Below, piece after piece: positions 18,594-29,649 of a DNA stretch of 64,000 bases (within the stretch, counting starts at the first letter, position 1; each line of letters starts with the position of its first letter). Position numbers and translations under genes: made by a program. This DNA is from Clostridiales bacterium (GTDB lineage Bacteria > Bacillota > Clostridia > Saccharofermentanales > Saccharofermentanaceae), in NCBI GenBank assembly GCA_017513085.1, contig JAFWDK010000009.1, forward strand, positions 64,001 to 128,000, in the 5' to 3' direction. The notes beneath the pieces are model-generated. The model saw only the letters and a program-made list of their open reading frames with translations, did no database searches and was not told the DNA's origin.

Positions 18594-19574
18594 CTACCTG
18601 CCCAATTGTACATCATAAAGCGGCTCTATGGAGAACTTTCTTCCGCTTAATTTGTGATGAACATTCTCTTTCGGGATCTTTCCGAAAAGTAGAGTGGTGG
18701 CGAATAACTGCTGGTAGCGGACTTTTCCGCCACGCAGATTCGAAAAATGCAGGTTATACTGGTTTCTGCCGTAATTACCGTCTCCCAGTATCGGATGCCC
18801 CAGATGCGCAAACTGGGCGCGGATCTGATGAGTCCTTCCGGTCACCAGTTCCACTTCCACGTCGGAAACATCTTCGCCGTCCGGACCAATGCCTTTATAG
18901 ACCTCTAACACACGGTAGCGGGAAGTGATCGGCAGATCGCCCGGCTTCTCTATGTCGTGAATGAAGACGTTGCCTTTGACCGGTTTTTCGAGAAAAGCAC
19001 TGACTTCTTTCATGATCGCTTCGTCCTGGCAGATCACCGTGGTCCCCACAGATGGCACGCCGCGTAGAAGACAGCGGTACCGCTTCGTGATCAGATCATT
19101 TTTGAACAGAAAGATCGCATCTTCGAGACTTTTCTTATCTTTGGCAGTCAGGACCAGCCCGCCGGTATTCATGTCGATACGATGGCACAGGTCAAGATTC
19201 TTGTTATGGTAATCGCGACGCAGGATGTCGATCAGACAGTTGCCTGTTGTACCACGTCCGGAATGCACGGCGATGCCCTGGCGCTTGTTGACCAGCAGGA
19301 GTTCATCGGACTCAAAAACGACCTTGTAGTTATCCAGGGGATCCGAAGAAGCCTTGGATGCAGTCCCTTCAAAAAGAGCGTCCGGGATCCAGATCTCGAC
19401 AACGTCACCTTCGCTGACGAGGGTGTCGGAAGAGATACGCTTGCCGTTGATACGGATATCTTTATGCTTCAGTGCTCTTTGCAAAACAGCGGGCGTCAGA
19501 TTCGGGAACTCCAGGATCGCCGCGCGGATCACTTTTTTGCCTGCACTTTTGGCAGAAACGGTAAAGTCTTTCAT
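18594..19574 (-). CDS. RluA family pseudouridine synthase
   Basis: S4-like N-terminus, HRIDMNTGG, TGRTHQIR, GHPILGD; AGGAG RBS before MKDF. Confidence 0.93.
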   Translation of the reverse strand: MKDFTVSAKSAGKKVIRAAILEFPNLTPAVLQRALKHKDIRINGKRISSDTLVSEGDVVEIWIPDALFEGTASKASSDPLDNYKVVFESDELLLVNKRQGIAVHSGRGTTGNCLIDILRRDYHNKNLDLCHRIDMNTGGLVLTAKDKKSLEDAIFLFKNDLITKRYRCLLRGVPSVGTTVICQDEAIMKEVSAFLEKPVKGNVFIHDIEKPGDLPITSRYRVLEVYKGIGPDGEDVSDVEVELVTGRTHQIRAQFAHLGHPILGDGNYGRNQYNLHFSNLRGGKVRYQQLFATTLLFGKIPKENVHHKLSGRKFSIEPLYDVQLGR

Positions 19575-19760
19575 GGTGTTTCTCCTCAAATAATATAAGA
19601 ACATGCTTATTATTCTATATATCCTATTAAATCTCAATAGACAAAATAACGAAATCAAAAAACGCATGAAGGAAACGTCAGATTGCCGCGGGTGTGGTAA
19701 GCATTCACAGGATTTCAAGAATCTCCGGGCATCGTTTGGTCTGTAATTTCGACGGGAAGG

Positions 19761-19789
19761 TTGAGAATCCACGTGCTTTTTCCTATAAT
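19761..19789 (+). promoter_or_regulatory. Sigma-A promoter
   Basis: TTGAGA-17 nt-TATAAT. Confidence 0.7.
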
Positions 19790-19822
19790 AGTGCTTATCC
19801 GAAAAGAGCAAGGGAGTACGAA

Positions 19823-20287
19823 ATGGAGAAAACGCCGTGTCTGGTAAGTGTGGTGAGTGCTTTTGCAGAGGCAAAAGCACTTTACGAGGGGACGTTCGAG
19901 GAGGACGGGGAGCGCGTGCGTGTTTCCTGGGTCCAGCCTGAGGAAGAAAAAGGCGAGGGCGACAGCCGGTTCCTTCTGAGTTACCGGGTGCGCGAGAAAG
20001 TCCTGCGTATGACCAGAAGAGGCGCAACCGAATCGGAGATGACTTTCCAGGCGGGGGAGAAGACCGAGGGGATCATGCGGACGGCACATGGCGATTTCGA
20101 TCTTCAGATGGAAACATCCTTGATCTCGTTCTTTGAAGAAGAGGAGAAAACTATTGAGGAGAATGGAGAAAGCTATCTTCTTAGAAGGGCTTTTTTGAAC
20201 TACGAGATGTGTTTTCCGAACCAGGATCCGATGCCAAATAATATGATTTTTGAAATACGTATTGCCAAAAACAAGAATTATGTATAA
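19823..20287 (+). CDS. DUF1934 (YwiB-like) beta-barrel protein
   Basis: MTRRG..SEMTF..GEKT...TAHG pattern; GGGAG RBS. Confidence 0.75.
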   Translation: MEKTPCLVSVVSAFAEAKALYEGTFEEDGERVRVSWVQPEEEKGEGDSRFLLSYRVREKVLRMTRRGATESEMTFQAGEKTEGIMRTAHGDFDLQMETSLISFFEEEEKTIEENGESYLLRRAFLNYEMCFPNQDPMPNNMIFEIRIAKNKNYV

Positions 20288-20314
20288 AATCTATCGGTAA
20301 ACCACGAAAGTTGC

Positions 20315-20343
20315 TTGACAAAGCACTTTCATTAGTGCATAAT
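20315..20343 (+). promoter_or_regulatory. Sigma-A promoter of rpmF
   Basis: TTGACA-17 nt-CATAAT. Confidence 0.8.
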
Positions 20344-20421
20344 ATCATTCGCGCCTCAAGGTATTAGTGTGGCTGCGAAGAGAATTAGAGAGATCTAAGA
20401 TAAGTATTGGAGGTGGATGCG

Positions 20422-20610
20422 ATGGCTCATCCGAAGCGTAAATGGTCGAAAGCTAGAACTTCTCGTCATAGAAGTGCCTGGAAGCTTGTTTTGCCAGGAT
20501 TGGTAGAGTGCCCCAATTGCCACACTAAGATGTTGCGCCATAAGGTTTGTAAGACCTGCGGTTATCTTGATGGCAAGGAGATCATCAACAAAGCTGACGA
20601 GATTGCTTGA
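20422..20610 (+). CDS. rpmF: 50S ribosomal protein L32 (Zn-binding C+ form)
   Basis: MAHPKRKWSKAR, CPNC...HKVCKTCGY; GGAGG RBS. Confidence 0.96.
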   Translation: MAHPKRKWSKARTSRHRSAWKLVLPGLVECPNCHTKMLRHKVCKTCGYLDGKEIINKADEIA

Positions 20611-20771
20611 TAGCTGATCTAAGTACGACTACGAATAATTGGCAGTGTTTCGAATAAAATTGAATCACTGCTTTTTTTCTGCCTGTTTCGCATTTTGCCG
20701 TGGATGATGAAGAGCGGTCGGATCGATGACCGGATGCCCACGGAAATGGTTCGTGATAAGGAGTTTTGCCG

Positions 20772-22160
20772 GTGGCAAATAAAAGAGAAGAGTTCCGACG
20801 TATCAAGGAAGTAGTACCGGGAAGCATCGCCGAAGAGATCGGCGTGGAGCCGGGTTATATCCTTGTGTCCATTGACGGAGTCGAGGTGAGGGATGTTTTT
20901 GATTACCGTATCCGTGAGAGAGCCTCGGAGATGCTCCTGGCTTTCCGTCTTCCCGATGGGCAGATCGCAGAGGTCGATCTCGAGAAAGATGAGGATGAGG
21001 AGCTTGGTCTGGTCTTTGAAGATCCGATCATGTGCAACTGCACTTCCTGCGCCAACCGGTGTATCTTCTGTTTCATCGATCAGAATCCGAAGGGTATGCG
21101 TGAGACCTTGTATTTTAAGGATGACGATATGCGAATGTCCTTTTTGACAGGTAACTACGTCACGCTGACGAATCTTTCGGACAAAGAATTCGAGCGCATC
21201 ATCGGATACCATCTTTCGCCGATCAACGTTTCCGTCCATGCGACCGATCCGGTGGTCCGTGAGAAGATGATCAACAACAAATTCGCTTATAAGCTGATGC
21301 CCCGACTGAAAAAGATGATCGAAAACGGCATTTCGATCAATTGTCAGATCGTCTGCTGCCCCGGATATAACAACGGAGCGGTTCTGGATCAGACGATCCA
21401 TGATCTGGCGCAGCTTGGAGAGGGTGTTCTTTCCATAGCGGTGGTTCCGGTCGGTGTAACGAAATTCCGTGAAGAGAACGGACTTGTGAAACTGGAGCTT
21501 TTCAATAAGAAAACAGCAGGTGAGCTTCTCGACCAGGTAGCTTATTGGCAGGATTATTTCATGAAGACACGAGGACAGAGGATCTTCTTTGCGGCCGATG
21601 AGTTCTATGTCCGGGCAGAACGCCCGATCCCGAGTGCCGAGGAGTATGAAGGATATCCGCAGCTGGAAAACGGTGTCGGCATGCTTTCAGAAAGAGACGC
21701 GGCTATGACCAAGGGAATCGCGCTCCGCAAGAAACATCTTCCGAAGAATATCTCCCATCCTTACGCAGGAAAGCGTTTTACCATGATCTCCGGTACTGAT
21801 GCAGCGCCTTATACGGAAAAGTTTGCTAAAGACATTTCCTTATTATATAATATCGATTTGGTCGTTTTGGCTGTGCTCAATGAGTTCTTCGGGCACACGA
21901 TCACGGTGTCGGGTCTTTTGACCGGCGGAGACATCTCGAACGCCGTGCTTGCGGAAAGAGAAGCAGGCCGCGGTCCGGATGTAGTGATACTGACGGCTAA
22001 CATGATGAAAGCGGATGAGGATATCTTCCTGGATGATATGACCTTGACGCAATTTAAAGAGAAAGTAGGCATTCCGGTCATAGTGGCCGAGTGCGAAGGT
22101 TCCGGTGCGCTCAAAGCACTGGATACGTTCCTTGATATGTACAAGGGCGTGGAAGATTGA
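20772..22160 (+). CDS. PDZ + radical SAM-like + DUF512 Fe-S protein
   Basis: CANRCIFCFIDQ, LYFKDDD, QLENGVG, ITVSGLLTG; typical gene upstream of der. Confidence 0.9.
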   Translation: MANKREEFRRIKEVVPGSIAEEIGVEPGYILVSIDGVEVRDVFDYRIRERASEMLLAFRLPDGQIAEVDLEKDEDEELGLVFEDPIMCNCTSCANRCIFCFIDQNPKGMRETLYFKDDDMRMSFLTGNYVTLTNLSDKEFERIIGYHLSPINVSVHATDPVVREKMINNKFAYKLMPRLKKMIENGISINCQIVCCPGYNNGAVLDQTIHDLAQLGEGVLSIAVVPVGVTKFREENGLVKLELFNKKTAGELLDQVAYWQDYFMKTRGQRIFFAADEFYVRAERPIPSAEEYEGYPQLENGVGMLSERDAAMTKGIALRKKHLPKNISHPYAGKRFTMISGTDAAPYTEKFAKDISLLYNIDLVVLAVLNEFFGHTITVSGLLTGGDISNAVLAEREAGRGPDVVILTANMMKADEDIFLDDMTLTQFKEKVGIPVIVAECEGSGALKALDTFLDMYKGVED

Positions 22161-22185
22161 TAACGAAGGAAAGGATGACAAAAGC

Positions 22186-23553
22186 ATGAGCAAACCGGTT
22201 GTAGCCATCGTAGGACGCCCGAACGTGGGAAAATCCTCGCTTTTCAATGCGCTTTACGGCGAACGGATCTCGATCGTGCACGATGAGCCGGGTGTTACCC
22301 GTGACCGTATCTATGCCGAGACGGTCTGGCGTGAGCGTGAGTTCGTCATGATCGATACCGGTGGTATTGAGCCGGAATCCGATGACGTGATCAACAAGGG
22401 CATGCGTCTTCAGGCAGAGATCGCTATCGAGACTGCGGATGTTATTCTTTTCATGTGTGATATCCAATCCGGATTAACATCCGCGGATGAAGAAATCGCT
22501 ACGATGCTTCGGAAGGCGAACCGTCCGGTAGTTCTGGTCGTCAACAAAGTGGACCATGTCGGTGAGCCGCCGGCGGAGCTTTATGAGTTCTATAATCTCG
22601 GACTGGGTGATGTGTATCCGATCTCTTCTTCCCATAGACTGGGTATCGGTGAGATGCTGGATGCTATCTATGAGCATTTCCCGGAACAGAAGAGTGAAGA
22701 GGAGGAGAATGAGACGATCCGCGTTGCTCTGATCGGTAAACCGAATGCCGGAAAGTCTTCTCTTTCTAACTATATGACAGGTCAGGAGCGTTCCATTGTT
22801 TCCGATATTCCCGGAACGACGCGTGACGCGATCGACTCTCTGGTTGAAAACAAGCACGGAAAATTCACGATCGTTGATACAGCCGGTCTTCGGAAGAAAG
22901 GCCGTATTGAAGATGCAGTCGAAAAATACAGCATGATCCGTTCTCTCTCGGCAATCGAGAAAGCAAATGTTTGTGTTATCCTGATCGATGCTGTCGAAGG
23001 CGTGACCGAACAGGATACGAAAGTGGCCGGCTATGCCCACAATGCCGGTAAGGCCTGTATTTTTGCGGTGAATAAGTGGGATCTGATCGAAAAAGAGACC
23101 GGCACGCTGGAGGCGATGGAGAAACAGCTCAAAGACCGTTTCGCATTCATGAGCTATGCGCCGGTCGTCTTTATTTCCGCCAAGACCGGACAACGTGTGG
23201 ATAAGCTTTTCGAGCAGATCAAGCGAGTCTATGAGAATGCGGGCAAGCGCTTAAAGACAGGTGTTTTGAACGACCTTCTTACCGAGTGCGTGGCGATGGT
23301 TCCGACTCCGCAGGACAAGGGCAAGCATCTCAAGATCTACTACGGCACACAGGTGGCAGTCTATCCGCCGCAGTTTGTGCTTTTTGTGAATGACAGTAAT
23401 CTTATGCATTTTTCTTATGAACGGTATCTGGAGAACCAGTTCCGTAAGAACTTCGATTTCGTCGGTACGCCGATACGAATATATATGAGAGAAAAAGACA
23501 AGAAAAAGGATCTAAAACCAGAAGGGAATGACAATAAGTATGACAAAGATTGA
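22186..23553 (+). CDS. der: Ribosome biogenesis GTPase Der
   Basis: Two G-domains (GRPNVGKS, GKPNAGKS), KH-like tail FDFVGTPI. Confidence 0.97.
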   Translation: MSKPVVAIVGRPNVGKSSLFNALYGERISIVHDEPGVTRDRIYAETVWREREFVMIDTGGIEPESDDVINKGMRLQAEIAIETADVILFMCDIQSGLTSADEEIATMLRKANRPVVLVVNKVDHVGEPPAELYEFYNLGLGDVYPISSSHRLGIGEMLDAIYEHFPEQKSEEEENETIRVALIGKPNAGKSSLSNYMTGQERSIVSDIPGTTRDAIDSLVENKHGKFTIVDTAGLRKKGRIEDAVEKYSMIRSLSAIEKANVCVILIDAVEGVTEQDTKVAGYAHNAGKACIFAVNKWDLIEKETGTLEAMEKQLKDRFAFMSYAPVVFISAKTGQRVDKLFEQIKRVYENAGKRLKTGVLNDLLTECVAMVPTPQDKGKHLKIYYGTQVAVYPPQFVLFVNDSNLMHFSYERYLENQFRKNFDFVGTPIRIYMREKDKKKDLKPEGNDNKYDKD

Positions 23554-25381
23554 GAACTTGAGAAACATCGCTATTATTGCTCACGTTGACCATGGTAAGA
23601 CGACGATCGTTGACTCCATGCTCAAGCAGGCGGGCATTTACCGTGAGAACGAGCAGATCGTCGAGCAGGTCATGGACAGTAACGACCTCGAACGAGAGCG
23701 TGGTATCACGATCCTGGCGAAAAATACGGCGATTTCTTATAAGAATTACAGGATCAACGTTGTGGATACTCCCGGCCATGCGGATTTCGGTGGTGAGGTG
23801 GAACGTGTCCTGAAGATGGTGGATGGTGTTCTTCTTGTTGTCGATGCATATGACGGACCGATGCCGCAGACACGTTTTGTTTTGCGCAAAGCACTGGAGA
23901 TGGGCCTGAAGCCGATCGTCTGCATCAATAAGATCGACCGTCCGGACGAGCGTGCGATCGAGGTCGTGGATATGGTTCTCGAACTGTTCATTGAGCTGGG
24001 CGCGGATGATGACCAGATCGATTTCCCGATCATTTATACATCCGGTAAGGTTGGTATTGCCACTACGGATCTTCAGGAATACATCGATGGCAAGAAACTG
24101 GATTTCTGCCCGCTCCTGGATGCGATCATTGAAAATATTCCTTGCCCGGAAGGCGATACAGAAGGACCTTTGCAGCTTCTGGTAAGTAATATCGACTCCG
24201 ACCCGTACATCGGCCGTATTGCGATCGGCCGTATCGAGCGTGGTTCCATCAAGCAGAACCAGCCGGTCGTTGTCTGCACCTATGACGACAATGCCACCAA
24301 GAACGCACGTATCGTAAAACTTCTCCGTTTCCAGGGATTGGGACGTCAGGAAATTCAGGAGGCGAGCGTAGGTGAGATCGTCTGCGTAGCCGGTATTCCG
24401 GAGATCAACATCGGTGATACCATTTGTGCGCAGGATTGTCCGGAACCGATGCCTTTTGTGGACATCGATGAGCCGACCATCGCCATGACGTTCTCCGTCA
24501 ACGATAGTCCTTTTGCCGGACAAGACGGTAAATTCGTTACTTCACGTCACTTGCGTGACCGTCTTTTCAAGGAAATGGAGACCAATGTTTCCATGCGACT
24601 CGAAGAAACAGATACGACAGAAGCTTTTGTAGTCAAGGGAAGAGGTGAACTCCATCTTTCCATCCTGATCGAGACCATGCGTCGTGAAGGCTATGAATTC
24701 CAGGTTTCCCGTCCGCAGGTCATCCTTAAGGAAGTCGACGGTGTTCTCTGTGAACCTGTCGAGATGCTTCTGATCGATGTCCCGGAGGATTATGTGGGTG
24801 CTGTCATTGAGAAGCTTGGCGCCAGAAAAGCAGAGATGGTCAACATGTTCCCACCGGAGAAAGGTTATACCCGTCTTGAGTTCAAAGTTCCTTCGCGTGG
24901 TATCCTCGGCTACCGTACCGAGTTTTTGACCGACACTAAGGGCAATGGTATAATGAACAGCGTAATCAGCGGATTTGAGCCATTTGCCGGCGAGATCGAG
25001 ACGCGTTCCCACGGTGTGCTGGTAGCGTTCGAGAGCGGCGAGGCAATGACTTATGGTCTTTATAACGCACAGGAAAGAGGACAGCTTTTCATTGGTGCCG
25101 GAACACCGGTCTATGAGGGCATGATCGTAGGTATCAACCCGAAGAATGAGGATATCACGGTCAATGTCTGCAAGAAGAAGCACGTTACCAATATGCGTGC
25201 GGCAGGTTCTGACGATGCGCTTCGTCTGACACCGCCTCTGAACTACAGTCTGGAGCAGTGCCTCGAGTTTGTAGGAGACGATGAGCTTTGTGAGGTGACA
25301 CCGAAGAACATCCGTCTTCGTAAGAAGATCCTTTCTACCGAATTGCGTGCCAAGGACCGCGCTGCGAAGAAAAACAGCTGA
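23540..25381 (+). CDS. typA: Translational GTPase TypA/BipA
   Basis: [43 protein letters not shown]. Confidence 0.97.
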   Translation: MTKIENLRNIAIIAHVDHGKTTIVDSMLKQAGIYRENEQIVEQVMDSNDLERERGITILAKNTAISYKNYRINVVDTPGHADFGGEVERVLKMVDGVLLVVDAYDGPMPQTRFVLRKALEMGLKPIVCINKIDRPDERAIEVVDMVLELFIELGADDDQIDFPIIYTSGKVGIATTDLQEYIDGKKLDFCPLLDAIIENIPCPEGDTEGPLQLLVSNIDSDPYIGRIAIGRIERGSIKQNQPVVVCTYDDNATKNARIVKLLRFQGLGRQEIQEASVGEIVCVAGIPEINIGDTICAQDCPEPMPFVDIDEPTIAMTFSVNDSPFAGQDGKFVTSRHLRDRLFKEMETNVSMRLEETDTTEAFVVKGRGELHLSILIETMRREGYEFQVSRPQVILKEVDGVLCEPVEMLLIDVPEDYVGAVIEKLGARKAEMVNMFPPEKGYTRLEFKVPSRGILGYRTEFLTDTKGNGIMNSVISGFEPFAGEIETRSHGVLVAFESGEAMTYGLYNAQERGQLFIGAGTPVYEGMIVGINPKNEDITVNVCKKKHVTNMRAAGSDDALRLTPPLNYSLEQCLEFVGDDELCEVTPKNIRLRKKILSTELRAKDRAAKKNS

Positions 25382-25446
25382 CAGGCAAGTGCTTTTGCCA
25401 TATGTGAAAGTGGCACGCTACTTGCGAAAAAGGAGATACAAGCGTC

Positions 25447-26637
25447 ATGTTTTCGAGAAAGGTATCGATAGCATTACGAATTCTGATCATATTCGCCTGC
25501 GTTGTCGTAAGTGCATTTCTAGGCGTCTTTCTGGGATATAACTATGTCATTTCCCAGAATGCGCGCTTCACGAAGCTGGAAAGACAGATCAAGAACGGAG
25601 AACTGGTGATCAACCAGAATACTCCGGGCGCGGTCATGATCGTTATCCGTTCCGGTGATACGACCGGCGATATTGCCGAGCAGTTGAAAAAAGAAGGTCT
25701 GATCAAGAATACTTCGACTTTTTCTCTCATGAGCAAGTTTAACGGTTTCGATGGCGGATATCTGGCCGGTACCCATTTTCTGACGCCGGATCTGACATAC
25801 GATGAGATGATGTATCTTCTTTGCCAGGAGCCGGAAGTGGTTCGTATTACGTTCCCGGAAGGTTTTACTTATAAGCAGATCAAAGACAGATTGAAGGATA
25901 AAGGCCTGGCTTTCAGCGAGGCACGTCTGGACGAGTGCATGAACAGTCCGGACCTTTTCGTAAACTATCCTTTCGTTTCTTCCATCAAGCAGAACGATGA
26001 CCGTGATTTTATCCTGAGCGGGTATCTGTTCCCGGATACTTACGATTTCGACATGAACGCCAGTGAAGAGGAGATCATCTCCACATTCCTGCGTAATATG
26101 AATGTGAAACTTTATGACGAGTTCTATGAGCGTGCCGATAAACTCGGAATGTCCATGGATGAGGTATTGACGCTGGCTTCTCTTATTCAGATGGAGACGA
26201 CAGATAAGACGGACATGCTCTATGTTTCCGCTGTTTTCCATAACCGTCTGAATTCAGAGGATCCGGATATGCACTTCCTGGGTTCCTGTGCTTCGATCAA
26301 CTATCTTCGTGAGAAAGCCGGCATGCAGCATGTCTGGGCAGCTACTGCTTCGGATCTGGAGTGGGATAGCCCGTATAACACCTATAAGTTCCCTGGACTT
26401 CCGCCGGGACCGATCTGTATGCCGAGTCTGGATGCGATCCAGGCGGCTTTGTATCCGGAACCGAACTGCAATTTCTTCTATTTCTGCGCGAAGGGAAATG
26501 GCAGAACTGCTTTTGCCGTGACTAAAGAAGAGCATGAAGCTAACGTAGCGAAGTATAAAGATAACTGGACCGATGATCCGTCTGATTCCGGATCGGATGT
26601 ATACGATGTGGACACGGAGGGCTACGATGAGGGCTGA
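25447..26637 (+). CDS. mltG: Endolytic transglycosylase MltG
   Basis: N-terminal TM, TFPEG, GYLFPDTY, ASLIQME, SPYNTY, GLPPGPI. Confidence 0.92.
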   Translation: MFSRKVSIALRILIIFACVVVSAFLGVFLGYNYVISQNARFTKLERQIKNGELVINQNTPGAVMIVIRSGDTTGDIAEQLKKEGLIKNTSTFSLMSKFNGFDGGYLAGTHFLTPDLTYDEMMYLLCQEPEVVRITFPEGFTYKQIKDRLKDKGLAFSEARLDECMNSPDLFVNYPFVSSIKQNDDRDFILSGYLFPDTYDFDMNASEEEIISTFLRNMNVKLYDEFYERADKLGMSMDEVLTLASLIQMETTDKTDMLYVSAVFHNRLNSEDPDMHFLGSCASINYLREKAGMQHVWAATASDLEWDSPYNTYKFPGLPPGPICMPSLDAIQAALYPEPNCNFFYFCAKGNGRTAFAVTKEEHEANVAKYKDNWTDDPSDSGSDVYDVDTEGYDEG

Positions 26638-27916
26638 TGCTTTTTCTAAGCCGGAAGTACTTGCTCCTGCCGGGAATCTGGAAAAACTGAAGACTGCAAT
26701 CGCTTATGGCGCGGATGCGGTCTACATGTCCGGCAAACAATTCGGTCTTCGTACTTTCAGTGACAATTTTACGCATGAAGAGATGGAAGAGGGAGTGCGC
26801 TATGCGCATGATCGTGGTGTAAAGTGCTATTGCACGGTCAATGTTATGGCTCATGAGGATGATATTTCCCGTCTTGACGAGGAGATATTGTTCCTTCAGA
26901 AGATCGGGATGGATGCCTTGATCGTTTCGGATGCCGGCATCTTCCGCAAAGTCCGTCGTCTTACTCCTGATATGGAGATCCATATCAGTACCCAGGCCAG
27001 CGTGACCAACAGTGAAGGTTGCATGTTCTGGTATGAACAGGGCGCCAGACGTGTTGTGCTTGCCCGCGAACTGACACTTGATGAGATCCGGAAGATCCGT
27101 CAGTCGATCCCTGCTGATCTTGAACTTGAATGCTTCGTGCATGGCGCTATGTGTGTATCCTACTCCGGCCGTTGTCTGCTGTCGAATTACTTCACCGGCC
27201 GTTCTGCGAATAGTGGAAGCTGTGCGCAACCGTGCCGCTGGGGGTACTATGTCGTAGAGGAGAAGCGGTTGGAAGCGCCGCTGCCGATCCAGGAAGATGA
27301 ACGGGGCACTTACATTTTTAATTCTAAAGATATCTGCATGATCGGACATATTCCGGAACTGATCGCTGCCGGGATCACCAGTTTCAAGATCGAAGGCCGC
27401 ATCAAGGGTGCTTTTTACGCGGCTTCGGTAACCAAGGCATATCGCGAAGCCGTGGATCTTTATATGACAGATCCCGCGCATTACGAAGAGGATCCGAGAT
27501 GGCAGGCAATGTTGGACCGTACGGTACATCGTGATTTTGCAACAGGCTTTTTCTACGATAAGCCCGGCGAGAATGCCCAGATCTTCCCGGATAAGACTTA
27601 TAACCGTCCGGCATTTGTCGTGGGAGTGGTAACGGGGTATGACGAAGAGAGAGGCTGTGCTATCGTAAGCCAGAGAAATAAGATCTTTAAAGGCGATACT
27701 CTCCATCTTCTGATGCCGCAAGGATATAGCGAGCCGATCGTTGCTTCGGAGATCTTTGATGAGGATATGAATCCGATCGAATCCACGCCGCATGCGGAAA
27801 TGAAGTATTATCTGAAAGTGGACCAAAAAATCCCTGAGTATTCCTTCTTGAGCAGAGACGGAGATAAAGATGAGGGCATCTTCCGTAACGACGCATCGAC
27901 GAAGGAGAAGAAGTGA
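26627..27916 (+). CDS. U32 family protein (TrhP-like tRNA hydroxylation protein)
   Basis: PEVLAPAG, HISTQ, LARE, HGAMCVSYSGRC, CAQPCR, KIEGR. Confidence 0.9.
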   Translation: MRADAFSKPEVLAPAGNLEKLKTAIAYGADAVYMSGKQFGLRTFSDNFTHEEMEEGVRYAHDRGVKCYCTVNVMAHEDDISRLDEEILFLQKIGMDALIVSDAGIFRKVRRLTPDMEIHISTQASVTNSEGCMFWYEQGARRVVLARELTLDEIRKIRQSIPADLELECFVHGAMCVSYSGRCLLSNYFTGRSANSGSCAQPCRWGYYVVEEKRLEAPLPIQEDERGTYIFNSKDICMIGHIPELIAAGITSFKIEGRIKGAFYAASVTKAYREAVDLYMTDPAHYEEDPRWQAMLDRTVHRDFATGFFYDKPGENAQIFPDKTYNRPAFVVGVVTGYDEERGCAIVSQRNKIFKGDTLHLLMPQGYSEPIVASEIFDEDMNPIESTPHAEMKYYLKVDQKIPEYSFLSRDGDKDEGIFRNDASTKEKK

Positions 27917-29637
27917 GCATGATCCTCTATCTTGTTTCCATTGTATTGGGAATCCTGATGCTTGGCATGGTCATGCATCTTGGATATAAAAACCGAAAAG
28001 AAGCCGCGCTTGGCCCGGGAGATCTGAAGCTTTCTTCCTGTATGTCCTTTATAGAGAAGCATTATGCTGTGTTCGGGCTTGCTCTTTTCGGATTATTTCT
28101 GCTGACCAGACTGGCCTATCTTGGCTTTATTCCGAAAGGCATGCATATCGATGAGATCGGTATGTCTTACGATGCATACTCGCTTTCACACTATGGCATG
28201 GATCGGCATCAGGTGCACTATCCGGTCTATCTTGAGAATTTCGGCGGCGGACAGTCGGCACTTTATGCCTATGCAACCTCTTTGCTTTTGAAGTTTTTTC
28301 CATATTCGACTACCTTGATCCGGCTTCCGGCCGTGATCTTTGGCATGTTCTGCTTCCTTGCGTCATTTTTTCTGATCAAAGATATAGCAGAAGACCTTTA
28401 CGAAAAGTCGGAAAAGAAATGTGAATATCTTCATGCGGTTGCTCTGTCCGGCCCTTTGTTCGTTACGGTAACACCGTATTTTCTGATGTCGGAAAGATGG
28501 GCGTTGGACTGCAATCTTTTCTTGAGTATGGGTACCGTAAGCCTGTGTTTTATTGTGAAAGCCATTCGTTCCAGGAAGAAAACGATGTGCCTGATTGCCG
28601 GTATTTCCTGCGGCGTGACTCTATATACCTATGCCATTTCGTATCTGGTATTGCCGTTATTCTTTCTCATGCTCTTTTTCTATCTTGTGTATTTGCGGAA
28701 AAAGAAACTGTCCATCCCGTGCCTGCTTGTTTTTTGCATTCCGGTAGGCATACTCGGGCTTCCTCTCGTTGTCTTTCAATTGGTCAACATGGGGAAAATA
28801 CCGGAATTCACGCTTTTCGGGATCCAATTCAAAAGACTGTACAGCTATCGGATCAGTGAATTGAGCTTCAGTAGAGCCATACCGAAACTTCTTTATGTCG
28901 TAAAAGGCATGATCGGCGCGGATGAGCTCTCATATAACGCTTTCCATGAATTCGGCCCGTTCTATCTTTGCACGGTGCCACTGGTCATATACGGAGCTTT
29001 CATGGCTATACGGGATATGGTGATCTCCATAAAGAGAAGAGCTTCTCAAGCGGTGGCGGTAGTTGTTTTCTACTTTTTTTCATGCTGGGCGGTCATGCTT
29101 CTCCATGGATTCTGCTATAACGCGATCAATCACATCTATATCACGTTCCTGGTCTTTGCCGTTTACGGATTGATCTATCTGGGAAGATTCTCCGGTAGAA
29201 GCATTCTTATCAGTATGAGCTGCATCGGATTGTCATTTGTGCTGTTTTCCTATGTCTATTTTATCAAGCAGAATGACATGATCCCGAAACATGATTTCTT
29301 CTACGATATGACACAGGGTGAAGTAGTGGAATATGCCGAAAAGCACTATGATCCGGAGGAAGATAAAACGGTTTACATCTCATATGATCCGGAAGAGCAG
29401 GATCAGCAGAATCTGATCGCGTCACTCTATGGTAAGGTACCGGCACCAATCTGGGGGCAGATCACCAAAAACCTGGGAAGGTTCCACATGACTGTTCCGG
29501 AAACGATCGATCCTTCTGAAAATGCCATCTATATTATCGGCCGTTCGCAACAAGATGTGATCGACCTTCTCCTGTCGCAGGGGTACAAAAAAGATGATAC
29601 CTATGAAAAAGATATCATCCTCTATAAAGACGCCTGA
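27913..29637 (+). CDS. GT-C fold glycosyltransferase (ArnT/PMT, GT39-like)
   Basis: Multi-TM; HIDE motif after the first TMs, GQSALY, RLPA; GTGA overlap with the upstream gene. Confidence 0.8.
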   Translation: MSMILYLVSIVLGILMLGMVMHLGYKNRKEAALGPGDLKLSSCMSFIEKHYAVFGLALFGLFLLTRLAYLGFIPKGMHIDEIGMSYDAYSLSHYGMDRHQVHYPVYLENFGGGQSALYAYATSLLLKFFPYSTTLIRLPAVIFGMFCFLASFFLIKDIAEDLYEKSEKKCEYLHAVALSGPLFVTVTPYFLMSERWALDCNLFLSMGTVSLCFIVKAIRSRKKTMCLIAGISCGVTLYTYAISYLVLPLFFLMLFFYLVYLRKKKLSIPCLLVFCIPVGILGLPLVVFQLVNMGKIPEFTLFGIQFKRLYSYRISELSFSRAIPKLLYVVKGMIGADELSYNAFHEFGPFYLCTVPLVIYGAFMAIRDMVISIKRRASQAVAVVVFYFFSCWAVMLLHGFCYNAINHIYITFLVFAVYGLIYLGRFSGRSILISMSCIGLSFVLFSYVYFIKQNDMIPKHDFFYDMTQGEVVEYAEKHYDPEEDKTVYISYDPEEQDQQNLIASLYGKVPAPIWGQITKNLGRFHMTVPETIDPSENAIYIIGRSQQDVIDLLLSQGYKKDDTYEKDIILYKDA

Positions 29638-29649
29638 TCTTTTGCACAC

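Noticed and set aside
19575-20027. N-terminal extension of the RluA ORF
   Set aside because: Crosses the divergent promoter region and the DUF1934 gene; the RBS supports 19574
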